Assembly (NCBI GenBank): GCA_038893835.1
Contig: JAWAQR010000007.1
Location: 1-54,658, forward strand
Direction of reading: 5' to 3'
Source: Archaeoglobaceae archaeon
GTDB lineage: Archaea; Halobacteriota; Archaeoglobi; Archaeoglobales; Archaeoglobaceae
Length of the DNA: 54,658 nucleotides
In this document: positions 38,847-48,534 of the stretch, in pieces
How the letters are laid out: every line of letters begins with the position of its first letter
Position numbering within the stretch: the stretch's first letter is position 1
The notes under the pieces: generated by a model
Told to the model about the DNA's origin: nothing
Database searches by the model: none
Seen by the model: the letters and a program-made list of their open reading frames with translations, nothing else
Position numbers and translations under genes: made by a program

Positions 38847-38930
38847 CGCCGGGGGTGGGATTTGAACCCACGCGGGCAAAGCCCAGTAGATCTCGAGTCT
38901 ACCGCCTTAGCCGGACTCGGCAACCCCGGC
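38847..38930 (-). tRNA. tRNA-Ser(CGA)
   Basis: Reverse complement: GCCGGGG acceptor, GTAGA-CT-CGA-GA-TCTAC anticodon arm, long variable arm GGGC-TTT-GCCC, GTGGG-TTCAAAT-CCCAC, discriminator G. Confidence 0.96.
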
Positions 38931-39007
38931 AATAATAATACTCCGATCTATTTATAAACATTGTCCAACATCGTTGTTGGAGAAAACTTAAATTCATTGT
39001 GTAAGGG

Positions 39008-39838
39008 TTGAAAAGGATGAAAGAGGAGAAAAAGGAGAAAGAGCAAGAAGAGAGATTGATTATAAAAAGATCGGGATACCCATCCGTTGGTGAAATAGTG
39101 ATAGGTACTGTTACTAGGATTCTGGATTTTGGTGCATTCGTTTCTCTTGATGAATATGAAAACAAGGAGGGGATGGTTCACATAAGTGAAGTTGCTTCTG
39201 GCTGGATTAAGGATATAAGAGAACATGTGAAAAAAGGTCAGAAGGTTGTTTGTAAAGTCCTGAATGTTAATCCGAAAAGGGGACATATCGATCTTTCGAT
39301 AAAAGATGTAAATGAAAGGCAAAGGAGAGAGAAGATTCAGGAATGGAAAAATGAAATGAGTGCATTTAAATGGCTTGAAATTGTCGGTAATGAATTAAAT
39401 ATAAGCAGAGAAGAACTTGTAAAAATAGGAAAAAAATTGTTAAAAGAATATGACTCAATTTACTCCGCCTTCGAAGAAGCTGCGGCTGAGGGACATGAGG
39501 CTTTAGCAAAGTTGGTTGGAGAGGATTTTGCGAAGAAAATGGTTGAGATTGCCAGAACTAACTTGAAGCCAAAGAAAGTGAAGGTCAGGGGTTTCTTTGA
39601 GATAAAGTTCTTGCAATCAGATGGCGTTGAAAGGATCAGAAAAGTCTTTCGGGAATTGAAAATCGATGATAATGTTTCCATTGACATCTATTACATCGGG
39701 GCGCCGAGGTACAGAGTTATTGTAGAGGCAGAAGATTACAAGACAGCTGAAAATGCTCTAAAAAAGATAGTTACAAACGTTTCAAAACTAGTAAAGAAGC
39801 TTGGTGGAGATTGCAACTTTGTAAGGGAGACGACATGA
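39008..39838 (+). CDS. eif2a: Translation initiation factor 2 alpha subunit
   Basis: S1 domain [10 protein letters not shown]...GAFVSLDEY...HISEV, IDLS, GAPRY; exact start uncertain. Confidence 0.95.
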   Translation: MKRMKEEKKEKEQEERLIIKRSGYPSVGEIVIGTVTRILDFGAFVSLDEYENKEGMVHISEVASGWIKDIREHVKKGQKVVCKVLNVNPKRGHIDLSIKDVNERQRREKIQEWKNEMSAFKWLEIVGNELNISREELVKIGKKLLKEYDSIYSAFEEAAAEGHEALAKLVGEDFAKKMVEIARTNLKPKKVKVRGFFEIKFLQSDGVERIRKVFRELKIDDNVSIDIYYIGAPRYRVIVEAEDYKTAENALKKIVTNVSKLVKKLGGDCNFVRETT

Positions 39839-40020
39839 AATCGATAATAAAGAAGTGTCCGAAGTGTTTGGAGTATACGCTGAAGGAGATTTGTCAAAGG
39901 TGTGGGGAAAAAACAATTAATCCCATACCACCAAGATTTTCACCTGAAGATCCATATGGGAAATATAGAAGAAAGCTCCGAAAGGAAAAAGGATTCTTTC
40001 TAAGAAGGTGGAGAGGATGA
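39835..40020 (+). CDS. nop10: H/ACA RNP protein Nop10
   Basis: [27 protein letters not shown]. Confidence 0.95.
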   Translation: MKSIIKKCPKCLEYTLKEICQRCGEKTINPIPPRFSPEDPYGKYRRKLRKEKGFFLRRWRG

Positions 40021-40796
40021 TAAAGAGGGTGGATGTTCGATATTTGAAGGATCCGAAGGAAGTGAATCTAAAGGATCCAATTTTCATAGAAGGACTGCCC
40101 GGAATCGGACATGTTGGTAAACTCGTTGCGGATCACCTTGTTAGAGAATTAAAAGCGGAAAAAGTGGTGGAAATATACTCCCATCACTTTCCACCGCAGG
40201 TGATAGTTCTGGAAGATGGAACTATAAGGATGCCAAGAAATGAAGTCTATGCCTGGAAGTCCAATTCGAAGTCACCGGACTTGCTGATCTTAGTAGGAGA
40301 CTTTCAAAGCATAAGCAACGAGGGACATTTTGAACTTGTAAACGCTTACATAGAAATAGCAAAGGCTTTTGGTGTGAAGAGAATATATACACTTGGAGGC
40401 TATGGAATTGGGAGACTTGTCGAGGAACCATATGTTGTCGGTGCTTCAAATTCCAAGGCTTTGGTGGAGGAGATGAAAAAATACGGTGTAAAATTTGAAC
40501 CTGGAGAACCTGGTGGGGGTATAATTGGGGCTGCTGGGCTTTTACTTGGCGTTTCTAAGCTGGAAAACATAGAAGCAGTCTGTCTCATGGGAGTAACTTC
40601 TGGATACATGGTTGATCCAAAGAGTGCAAAGGCTGTTCTCGAAGTCCTTTCAAGGATCTTAAATCTTGAAATTTCCTTTGAAGCCTTAGAAGAGAGAGCG
40701 AGAGAGATGGAGAAAATAATATCGCAGATAAAAGAAATGCAAGAAATGGCAATGCAGCAGTGGAGGAGTGATGAAGATTTGAGATATTTCCGCTGA
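40008..40796 (+). CDS. Proteasome assembly chaperone (PAC2 family)
   Basis: [42 protein letters not shown]; conserved after nop10. Confidence 0.9.
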   Translation: MERMIKRVDVRYLKDPKEVNLKDPIFIEGLPGIGHVGKLVADHLVRELKAEKVVEIYSHHFPPQVIVLEDGTIRMPRNEVYAWKSNSKSPDLLILVGDFQSISNEGHFELVNAYIEIAKAFGVKRIYTLGGYGIGRLVEEPYVVGASNSKALVEEMKKYGVKFEPGEPGGGIIGAAGLLLGVSKLENIEAVCLMGVTSGYMVDPKSAKAVLEVLSRILNLEISFEALEERAREMEKIISQIKEMQEMAMQQWRSDEDLRYFR

Positions 40797-40799
40797 TTT

Positions 40800-41481
40800 A
40801 TGTTTAGATACTGGCAGATCGACTTTGCTAGAGGAATTGCAGTAATCTTGATGCTCTTTTTTCCACTTCTTTTTTGATGCGAGTTATTTTGGAAAGATAG
40901 AGCTCCTTGGACCTTTCTGGTTCTTCTTTCCGAGACTCATAGGTGGTATGTTCATCTTCATCTCTGGCTTCACAATGGCCCAGTTGATGAAAAAGGAGAT
41001 AAACTGGACCAGAATTTTAAAGTTTTCATCAATCGCAGCGATGATAACTTTGATTACAATGTTTTTTGTTCCAGAAGAATTCGTTTCATTTGGGATCATG
41101 CATTTCTTTGCAATCTCTTCAATTCTAGCAATTTTCTTCGTGGAAAGGGAAAGAATGTCATTGATTTTAGGGATAACCTTTATAGTTATCGGCTTTTACC
41201 TCCAGCAGTTCAGGTTTCCATTTGAATTCTTGTTTTGGCTTGGTTTGATACCCAAAAACTTTGTAACCCTCGATTATTACCCCCTACTACCTTGGTTTGG
41301 AGTGATGCTTTTGGGCATTTACGCTGGTAGAAAAGTAAGGTTAAATAGATCAAAGTATAGGGGAGGAATTATCTGCTACCTTGGCAGGAATTCGCTCGCA
41401 ATTTATCTCGTACAGCATCCCGTAATAATACTGATCTTGCACGCATACTATGGAGATATATTGCAACACTTCATAAAGTGA
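40800..41481 (+). pseudogene. DUF1624/HGSNAT-like membrane acyltransferase, frameshifted
   Basis: MFRYWQIDFARGIAVILML stops early. Removing one T from the T6 run at 40857-40862 restores FFHFFFD in frame with ORF 40948-41481 (FGIMH, DYYPLLPW, LGRNSL.IYL.QHP). Confidence 0.75.
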
Positions 41482-42343
41482 CGATTCTTGCAGAATCCTT
41501 TTCAACTATCACCGTATGCTCCCATTGGCTAACCACTCCCTTTGAAACTTCCGAAAGGACGGGATAATCTCTCAAAACTCCTTCACGGACGAGCTTTGAA
41601 ATCAAAAGTTCTGACTTGTTCAACCATCTCTTTGCAAATGGTAGGGTTTTGTATTTTTCCGAAATTTCAGAAACTATTTCTCTTAAAGCTTTCAGTCTAA
41701 TCGGTTTCGGATTAATTAGGCTGTAAATTTCGCATTCATTTCTCTCAGCAACTCTGCCAACTCCATTCGTTGCAAATGGTTCTATAGCGACTATCATTCC
41801 CTCCTCAAGCACAACCCCCTTCTGGATAGCGTAGTTATAAATGCTCGGAGGGGCGTGGGCTATGTAAGGTAGCAACCCGTGTCCGGAAAGGTTTATGATC
41901 GGTTTGAAACCATAGCTTCTGATCGTGTCTTCTATGATCTTCCCTATTTTCGCAGTATCCGTTCCCGCCTTTATCACGTCGATAGCATTGAAAACAGCCT
42001 CTCTAGCAGCCTTTATCAAATCCCCATGATCTCCTAGGTCAATTGAAATTGCCATGTCGGCGATGTAGCCATCTATATGCGCCCCCACATCTATTTTCAC
42101 GAGATCTCCTTTGTTAAAAACTCTCTCATCTCCTCTTGCAGGTGTTGAATGGGCTGCATCGCTATTTATTGATATATTGCATGGAAAGGCTGGTTTTGCT
42201 CCTAACTCCATTATTCTCTTTTCAATGAACTCTGCAACATCCAAGATTTTTGCTCCTACAGTAACTTTCTCCTCAGCCTCCTTTATCACCCTTTTCAAAA
42301 TCTCCCCTGCTTTTATCGTCTTCTCTATAGCTTCATCCTGCAT
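41471..42343 (-). CDS. map: Methionine aminopeptidase type II
   Basis: AFP, AAH, KIDVGAHIDGYIAD, GH, AIEPF, QWEHT. Confidence 0.96.
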   Translation of the reverse strand: MQDEAIEKTIKAGEILKRVIKEAEEKVTVGAKILDVAEFIEKRIMELGAKPAFPCNISINSDAAHSTPARGDERVFNKGDLVKIDVGAHIDGYIADMAISIDLGDHGDLIKAAREAVFNAIDVIKAGTDTAKIGKIIEDTIRSYGFKPIINLSGHGLLPYIAHAPPSIYNYAIQKGVVLEEGMIVAIEPFATNGVGRVAERNECEIYSLINPKPIRLKALREIVSEISEKYKTLPFAKRWLNKSELLISKLVREGVLRDYPVLSEVSKGVVSQWEHTVIVEKDSARIVTL

Positions 42344-42345
42344 GT

Positions 42346-43419
42346 TCAGTAAATGATCTCTCCAAGCATATCCTTTTCGATTGCATGCCTTATTTCTCTT
42401 GCAATCCTCCTTCCCATATACATGTTCTCTCCAAACAAGATGTAAGAATAAGGTGAATTCGGAATTCCAACGTTTGTCCCAGCAACTATTCTCGCGGATA
42501 TCTCAAAAACTATTAACTCCGCCTTCTCGTTAAAGATCGTTTCAATGCAAAAAGGCCCTACCATGCCTGGATAAGCTATCTCCTTCGAAGCTTCCACTAT
42601 TTTTTCAGCAGCATCAAATGCCTGCTTTAACAGACTTTCCCTTAAAACAATTGGAAAATTTCCTATTATGGTGTATGTAGGCTCAAGCCTCATCTTTAAC
42701 TGCTCATGAGCCGGAATTCTACCTATGCCATCAGCGTATTCATATCTCCTGTCTATCGAGATCAGCTCAACTCTCTCATTTACTGGAGAATAAAAGAAGG
42801 AGAAGTAGACGTTTGCTCCAACGATGTATTCCTGAATTTCAACCTTTCTAAGCTCCTCTTCACTGGCCAGACCCATTTTCAAAATTCTTTCAACCTTTTC
42901 TCTGAAATCCTGAGGTGATGTGGCAAGAAAATATCCTTTGCCTCCCTTTGCTCCCTGATATTTGACTATGCATAGTCTGTCTATTTCTTCAGGTCTTTTG
43001 AAAGTTTTTGGCACTCTTACATTAGCTTTAAGGAACCACTCCCTCTGCTTTTCCCTATCAGTTTCCATCTCCATAAGTTCTCTGTTTCCAAATATTGGAA
43101 CGAGCAGTTTTTCGAATCTCCCGATATAAGCATTGAAAGATCCATGAGGGATCAAGATCGTATTTTCCTTCCTCAGAAATCTCTGAACATCTTCGTTTAG
43201 CAGTTCAGAGAACTCGTTTACCTCAAGTATAAAATCTGCAACCCCGAAGTTTCTATAAACCTTTGCATCCTCACTTTTGCAAATGCAAACAGTCTCAAAA
43301 CCCTCATCTTTTGCTCCTCTAAGAATGTTAAGAGCCGAATGACTTCCAATTGTTCCGATCTTTATCTTATTTAGATCGTATTCTTTCAGAATTTTCAGAA
43401 TTCTTTCTCTCAACCTCAT
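42346..43419 (-). CDS. purP: FAICAR synthetase PurP (ATP-grasp)
   Basis: GSHSALNIL.GAKDEGF, PHGSF, GAKGGKGYF, GN.P.VLRESLL, FEISARIVAGTN, MGRRIAREI. Confidence 0.92.
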   Translation of the reverse strand: MRLRERILKILKEYDLNKIKIGTIGSHSALNILRGAKDEGFETVCICKSEDAKVYRNFGVADFILEVNEFSELLNEDVQRFLRKENTILIPHGSFNAYIGRFEKLLVPIFGNRELMEMETDREKQREWFLKANVRVPKTFKRPEEIDRLCIVKYQGAKGGKGYFLATSPQDFREKVERILKMGLASEEELRKVEIQEYIVGANVYFSFFYSPVNERVELISIDRRYEYADGIGRIPAHEQLKMRLEPTYTIIGNFPIVLRESLLKQAFDAAEKIVEASKEIAYPGMVGPFCIETIFNEKAELIVFEISARIVAGTNVGIPNSPYSYILFGENMYMGRRIAREIRHAIEKDMLGEIIY

Positions 43420-44065
43420 CCCTCCACTTCTTCAATTTCTCCGCATCCCTCAGCATAAAAGGGTTGTTGAACATAACATAATCAGCCTTGTAAAGTAAGG
43501 AACGAATTTCCTCATCGCTGTGATTTTTATGAATTCTAAAATACCTCAACTCTCCCCAAGTTGGTGAACTATCAAAAGGATCGACAACATGGATTAAAGA
43601 CAATTCCTCACAAACTTTTCTCACAACTTCACTTCTCCATCCCCTAGGCTCCCAGCCGAAGATGAAGTCCCTTTCTATCGAGTTGAAGAACTCCTTCATA
43701 TTTCTCACACTTTCATCACATTCTTTAAAGCTCCTAGGAGTCTGAAAAAGAATGAATTTCGCTTTTAATATCTTCGATACTTCCCTTGTAACTTCCCAAG
43801 CTTCAAAGACTGTCTTTATCGGTTTAAAAAATCCAGCATCATCAACGCTGAGCTTTGCTTTTCTGTAAGTCAGACTTGAAGGTGGATGGGTAATCAATTG
43901 CCAAGCTTTAACGGTGAACTCGAAATCTTCTGGAGCGAATTCTCTCCATTTCTTCACAGTTTCCAAACTCGGTGGTTTGTAAAAAGTTTTTTGAACTTCA
44001 ACTACTTCGAAATTTTTGAAGTACTTTTCCATGGCAATGGGAAATCCGCAACATCCTATTTTCAT
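43367..44065 (-). CDS. DUF72-family protein
   Basis: IGCCGF, VEVQKTFY, F..KAWQLITH, FQTP.SF, WEPRG, HVVDP, MFNN. Confidence 0.88.
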   Translation of the reverse strand: MKIGCCGFPIAMEKYFKNFEVVEVQKTFYKPPSLETVKKWREFAPEDFEFTVKAWQLITHPPSSLTYRKAKLSVDDAGFFKPIKTVFEAWEVTREVSKILKAKFILFQTPRSFKECDESVRNMKEFFNSIERDFIFGWEPRGWRSEVVRKVCEELSLIHVVDPFDSSPTWGELRYFRIHKNHSDEEIRSLLYKADYVMFNNPFMLRDAEKLKKWRDEVERKNSENSERIRSK

Positions 44066-44134
44066 GATCGATAGTAGTAAGGGGATTAAAAATCTCTTGC
44101 GATAGTTTTTTATTTCATAAATCCAAGAATATCT

Positions 44135-44194
44135 GCCCACCTGCCATGAGTTCTCTGAAACTATGATGAGAACTCCACCGGGTGGGCTACAAAT
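44135..44194 (+). ncRNA. Single-hairpin box H/ACA pseudouridylation guide RNA
   Basis: Lower stem GCCCACCT/GGGTGGGC, pocket GCCATG and CCACC, upper stem AGTTCTC/GAGAACT capped by a K-loop (TGA...TGAT), ACA 14 nt from the upper stem, then a T-run. Confidence 0.8.
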
Positions 44195-44290
44195 TTTTAA
44201 AAATTTAAAGTTGCATTGCTGTTCATCGAACTCACTCCTTACAGAATATTCGCAGCCAGATATGTAACGCTACCTCACGATTCCGTAAAA

Positions 44291-44776
44291 TCATAAAAAA
44301 CCTATACTCTTATTTATCTCATCCTCTATTTCCAATAAAACACGAAGTAAGGTTATGTAAATTTCTATAAGCTTCTCCTTCTTCCATTCAGCATACTTCA
44401 ATATGACGTCATCGATTTCCTTCTGAATTCTCCCCATTCGGTAAAGTAAGTACAGCATGTCATCGGCATTTTTGCTGAAACTGAACTCCATACCCTTGCT
44501 TCTTTCATACACCCAAGCTCTCCTTATTATCTCCGTCAGCGTTCTGTAGTCTATTTGCAGGAAATCCCTTCTCATCGCAAAGAGTTCTTCGAGTTCGTAT
44601 CTGTTTGGGAGCACTATGTTTCTAAAGATTGCTGAGAGTTCGACAAGACGTGTAAAGAACAAATAGAATATTGGATTAAAGATATGACCGGATTTTTTGA
44701 GATTTTTTGCCTTTTCCATGAACTTTTCATCCAAAATCTGCCTTATCTCTGCCTCTATTGGATCCATGTGGAACAT
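44291..44776 (-). CDS. Hypothetical alpha-helical protein
   Basis: 161-aa ORF with genome-typical composition filling the gap after nurA. Confidence 0.75.
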   Translation of the reverse strand: MFHMDPIEAEIRQILDEKFMEKAKNLKKSGHIFNPIFYLFFTRLVELSAIFRNIVLPNRYELEELFAMRRDFLQIDYRTLTEIIRRAWVYERSKGMEFSFSKNADDMLYLLYRMGRIQKEIDDVILKYAEWKKEKLIEIYITLLRVLLEIEDEINKSIGFL

Positions 44777-44798
44777 TCGTCTTTAAATTTTTAAAGCT

Positions 44799-45887
44799 TT
44801 ACACGTCAAGAACATCCCTACCGCTCCTTAGCAATGGGGCAAATTCTGGTTTCAGAGATGAAATTATGCTGATCAGGAGTTTCTGAAGTTCTATCTTCTT
44901 TATCTTGGCAATTCTATGGGCTTGCATCAATGGAAAAGGATAACCATTTACTTCAAGACTCATGAGCTTTGAAATTAGTTCCTCATCTATTTTCTCGGTA
45001 CTCTCAATGAGATATATGTTGCCATAATCTTCAAAGCGGACAAAGGCAGAGTTTATATCCCTAAACAAGTTTTTGAACTCATCTCTGAACTCCCGCACAA
45101 ACCATGGAAAAGTCTTTCTGAACTGTGGCTTGAAAGAAATGTAACCAGCTTTCTCAAATCCGAATTGTTCTAGAGAAAGGATTTCTAAGATTGCTGCATC
45201 GCTCACTTCATCATCAAATTCGTTTGTATAGAAGTTCTTTGCCAGAAAGATTACCTTTTTATCGAGCAAACGATTTAAAGCATGCAGGTATTCTATGTAT
45301 TCTGCCAAAATCATCAGATCCTCCAGCCTTTTCTCCCCTTTTCTATAACTTTTTTCCATTTCTAAAAAGATCTCCTCTCTCGTCAGCAGGTAGTTTTTCT
45401 TTGCCCTTTCGTTGCGAACATCATCGCTAAGAACCTCAAAATATTTCTCAAGAATTTCCAAGAAATCCAAAACAAAGTTCTCCAGTTCGTAACTCTCCAT
45501 TAGCTTCTCTGGATCGTCCACGTAAGATGCTGGCCTAACAAAAGCTCCCCGCAAAGAGCCGTCGATCAAAACTAACTCTTCTTCAGCAAGACTTCCAATT
45601 CTGAACTCAGAAGTATGCATGTGAAGGCGAACACGCTCCTCTATGTTCAAATGCGGCCTAAGCACAGCAACTTCGCTCATCTCTCTCTGCTCATTTCCAA
45701 TACTCACAGATGTTACGAAGTACAAAATCACTCCAGAAAGCTCCTTTATCCCTCTACTTCCATCCACACCACATGCTACACAATCAATTGGCTCAGGGAT
45801 TTCTTTCCATTTCTTTTCAATTCTACCTGCAACTTTTTTAGCCCTTTCATATATTTTTTCCATCTCCCTCTCCAAACTTTTCAGCAT
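44799..45887 (-). CDS. nurA: DNA double-strand break repair nuclease NurA
   Basis: GVDGS, LIDGSL, AK, DA, GYPFPL..AH; follows rad50. Confidence 0.9.
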   Translation of the reverse strand: MLKSLEREMEKIYERAKKVAGRIEKKWKEIPEPIDCVACGVDGSRGIKELSGVILYFVTSVSIGNEQREMSEVAVLRPHLNIEERVRLHMHTSEFRIGSLAEEELVLIDGSLRGAFVRPASYVDDPEKLMESYELENFVLDFLEILEKYFEVLSDDVRNERAKKNYLLTREEIFLEMEKSYRKGEKRLEDLMILAEYIEYLHALNRLLDKKVIFLAKNFYTNEFDDEVSDAAILEILSLEQFGFEKAGYISFKPQFRKTFPWFVREFRDEFKNLFRDINSAFVRFEDYGNIYLIESTEKIDEELISKLMSLEVNGYPFPLMQAHRIAKIKKIELQKLLISIISSLKPEFAPLLRSGRDVLDV

Positions 45888-45894
45888 CTCATCG

Positions 45895-48534
45895 CTAATT
45901 CTCCACAACTGAAACACCACCGCGGTAATCGACTGCAATTATTCTATCGGCAGCATCTTTAAGTTCCTCATCATGTGAAACTACTATCACCTGCGGAATT
46001 CTTCGCAGATAGTTCGTCATTATTTCCACAAGCTTCTTTCTCCTTTCCTCATCGAGAAATGGAGTTGGCTCATCCAGAATTAGTAAAGGAATTCTTCCTT
46101 TTGCTTCAAACATCGACAAAGCAAGTCTGAAAGCTATTCCAAGCGCTATCAATTCCCCTCCGCTTAAAAAGTTCGTTTCTCTCTCCTCGCCATGATGTAG
46201 AACAAATATCTTGAGCCTTTCCTTGCCATACTCAAAAACTCTTTTAAGCTTCACTCCAGAATACTTTCCATCCGTGAATTCTTCGAATATTTCACTCGCA
46301 TATTTCTCCACTTCTTTCATCGCAACTTCAGCAACCCTATTCTTGTAGCTCAGGAACTTTTCTCTTATTTTTTCAAGTTCTGGAATTGCCCTTTCTATTG
46401 CTCTCAGTCTTCTCTCACTCTCCTTGATTACCGCCATTTGTTTCTCCAGATAATCCCTGTCCTTAATTAGAACTTCCATAGTTCTTTTAAGGGCTTCAAG
46501 TCTTTCCTTAAGTCCAGCAATTTCTTTGGAAATACTTTTCTCTCTTTCTTCAAGTTTTAAATGCTTCTCTCTATCATATTTTCTCTCAAGCTCCTCTATT
46601 TTACCCTTCTCAGCTTCGTACTCCTTTCTTCTCTGGCTTAGGATTTCTATACACTTTCTAAGCTCCTCCTCCAAATCCTTCAATCTTTTTTCAACTTCTT
46701 TCAACTCTGATTCTGAACTTCTCAGAGAAACCCATTCTTCATATGAATTTCTAAGCTCTGAAATTGCCTTTTCTAAATCTTCAACGCTTTGGAATCCGTA
46801 TTTCAATACTCTGTCTTTCAAAGCTTTTTTTGCATTTTCCAATTCAAAAATGCCAGTCTCAATCGATTCCAGTTTTTTCTTAACTTCCATATGCTTTTCA
46901 ACTACCTTTAGCGACTTTTTCTCCAAATCCTCAAGAAAACTTATCCTAGAGATTATCCTTTCAATTTCGTTGCTCTTTTCTTTTAACTTTTCAATATCGA
47001 CGTCCTTTATTTCTTCTGCAATTTTTCTCAACTCATCAACTAGTTGTTTGTACTTGAGAACTATATCTTGCTTTCCAAGCACTTCCTCAACTCTGTTTTT
47101 CTCTTCTCTAAGCCTTCTCTCCTTTTCATCTATTTTCATTAACTGAACCTTTATTTTCTCTATCTCTGAAAAGTATTTCTTTAAAAGCTCTTCTCTGTGT
47201 TCTTCTGTCAGCTCTCTTCCACAAATCGGACAAACCCCCTTTAAATTTTTTAACTTATCTATTACTTCTTCCATTCTCTTCTTCTCCGAATTCAAAGACC
47301 CCTTTTCCATCGAAACTCTCGAAAACTCCTCTTTCAAATTCTTGTCTTTCTCCCTAGCTTTTTGAATCACCAAAAACATTTGATCAATTTTTTCGGCGCT
47401 GAATCCTTTTTCAGATAGAATTTTCTCTATCTGCATTTTTCTTTCAACCTTGATCTTTATCTTTTCCCACTTCTCGAAGTCGGGTTTAAGAATTTCAACT
47501 CTCTTCTTTAATTCAGCAATTTCTGCCCTTATCTTTTCCAAGTTTTCTTTTTCCTCTTCGTATCTCTTTATCTCATTTAAAATCCTCTCCCTCTCTATTT
47601 CAAGATTTTTTACCCTCTCATTCAGCTCTTGCAGAGTTTTTGTTATTTCTTTGTAAAGACTTTCTATCTCTGAATACTTCTTCGCTTCTTTTTCTAGATT
47701 TAGCATTCTTTCATATCTCTTCTTTAAATCAGCTCTTTTTACCTCCAATTCTCTCTTTTGTGTCTGTAGAACATCTATTTTGTTTCTTAAGCTTTTTATT
47801 TCTCCTTCTAAATGTAGAATATTTTCCTTAAGCTGAGAAATTTCTTCCTTAATTCTATCAAATGAGTTCTTTTCTTCCAATATCCTTTTATATTCCTTTG
47901 TATACTCTTCCAACTTCTTTTCGCTCATCCCTATTTCTTCTCTCAATTTCTCAATTTCTGTAACTTTTTCCTTTAGCTTTAGTTCACATTCATCCTTTTG
48001 TTTCAAAATTTCAGTGTATTTTTTCATTTCCATTTCTAACTCCCTTATTATCTGACCAATGTTCTTCCAGGCATTTTCGTAATCTTCTATTCTGGTTATC
48101 TTTCTTATTATTTTTTCTCTTCCGCTTTCATCCGATATTATAGTTTCTATTTCTCCCTGCCTCACGTAGATCGCACCTGTAAATACATGAAATGGAGAGA
48201 CGTTTCTTTCAACCCATTCATTTATTCTTTTATCCCCTTCTAAATAGAAATCCCCTCTAAGTTCCGAGTTTCCAGAACTTCGTCGAATTATTCTGTAATC
48301 CCTGCCATTTAGTTCGAATATCAGTTCTACTGTATATTCCGTGGCTCCGATCTGTAAAATGTCTTCTTTCCTCAAAGGTGGTCGAACACCATAAAGGGCG
48401 ACGAGTATTGCTTCGAGTATCGAACTCTTCCCCGCTCCATTTCTTCCAGCAATTAAATTTATACCACTCTCAAATCTTATCCTTGTATTCGAATGAGATT
48501 TAAAATTTTTTATAAAAATTTCTTTTAATATCAT
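45895..48534 (-). CDS. rad50: DNA double-strand break repair ATPase Rad50
   Basis: NFKSH, GRNGAGKS, Q-loop, long coiled coil with zinc hook CPIC, LSGGE, LILDEPT..LD, VSHD. Confidence 0.97.
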   Translation of the reverse strand: MILKEIFIKNFKSHSNTRIRFESGINLIAGRNGAGKSSILEAILVALYGVRPPLRKEDILQIGATEYTVELIFELNGRDYRIIRRSSGNSELRGDFYLEGDKRINEWVERNVSPFHVFTGAIYVRQGEIETIISDESGREKIIRKITRIEDYENAWKNIGQIIRELEMEMKKYTEILKQKDECELKLKEKVTEIEKLREEIGMSEKKLEEYTKEYKRILEEKNSFDRIKEEISQLKENILHLEGEIKSLRNKIDVLQTQKRELEVKRADLKKRYERMLNLEKEAKKYSEIESLYKEITKTLQELNERVKNLEIERERILNEIKRYEEEKENLEKIRAEIAELKKRVEILKPDFEKWEKIKIKVERKMQIEKILSEKGFSAEKIDQMFLVIQKAREKDKNLKEEFSRVSMEKGSLNSEKKRMEEVIDKLKNLKGVCPICGRELTEEHREELLKKYFSEIEKIKVQLMKIDEKERRLREEKNRVEEVLGKQDIVLKYKQLVDELRKIAEEIKDVDIEKLKEKSNEIERIISRISFLEDLEKKSLKVVEKHMEVKKKLESIETGIFELENAKKALKDRVLKYGFQSVEDLEKAISELRNSYEEWVSLRSSESELKEVEKRLKDLEEELRKCIEILSQRRKEYEAEKGKIEELERKYDREKHLKLEEREKSISKEIAGLKERLEALKRTMEVLIKDRDYLEKQMAVIKESERRLRAIERAIPELEKIREKFLSYKNRVAEVAMKEVEKYASEIFEEFTDGKYSGVKLKRVFEYGKERLKIFVLHHGEERETNFLSGGELIALGIAFRLALSMFEAKGRIPLLILDEPTPFLDEERRKKLVEIMTNYLRRIPQVIVVSHDEELKDAADRIIAVDYRGGVSVVEN

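Noticed and set aside
38786-38932. N-terminal extension of the ftr ORF
   Set aside because: It is a read-through of the tRNA-Ser gene; Ftr homology begins at 38785
38931-39838. Absence of rpl44e-rps27e before eif2a
   Set aside because: Breakage of this cluster is an ordinary rearrangement and not informative on its own
44205-44290. Second small RNA (C/D box) next to the H/ACA hairpin
   Set aside because: No convincing RUGAUGA/CUGA box pair on either strand
46526-47146. 206-aa plus-strand ORF and similar S/F/L-rich antisense ORFs throughout the window
   Set aside because: Antisense shadows of E/K-rich genes such as the Rad50 coiled coil
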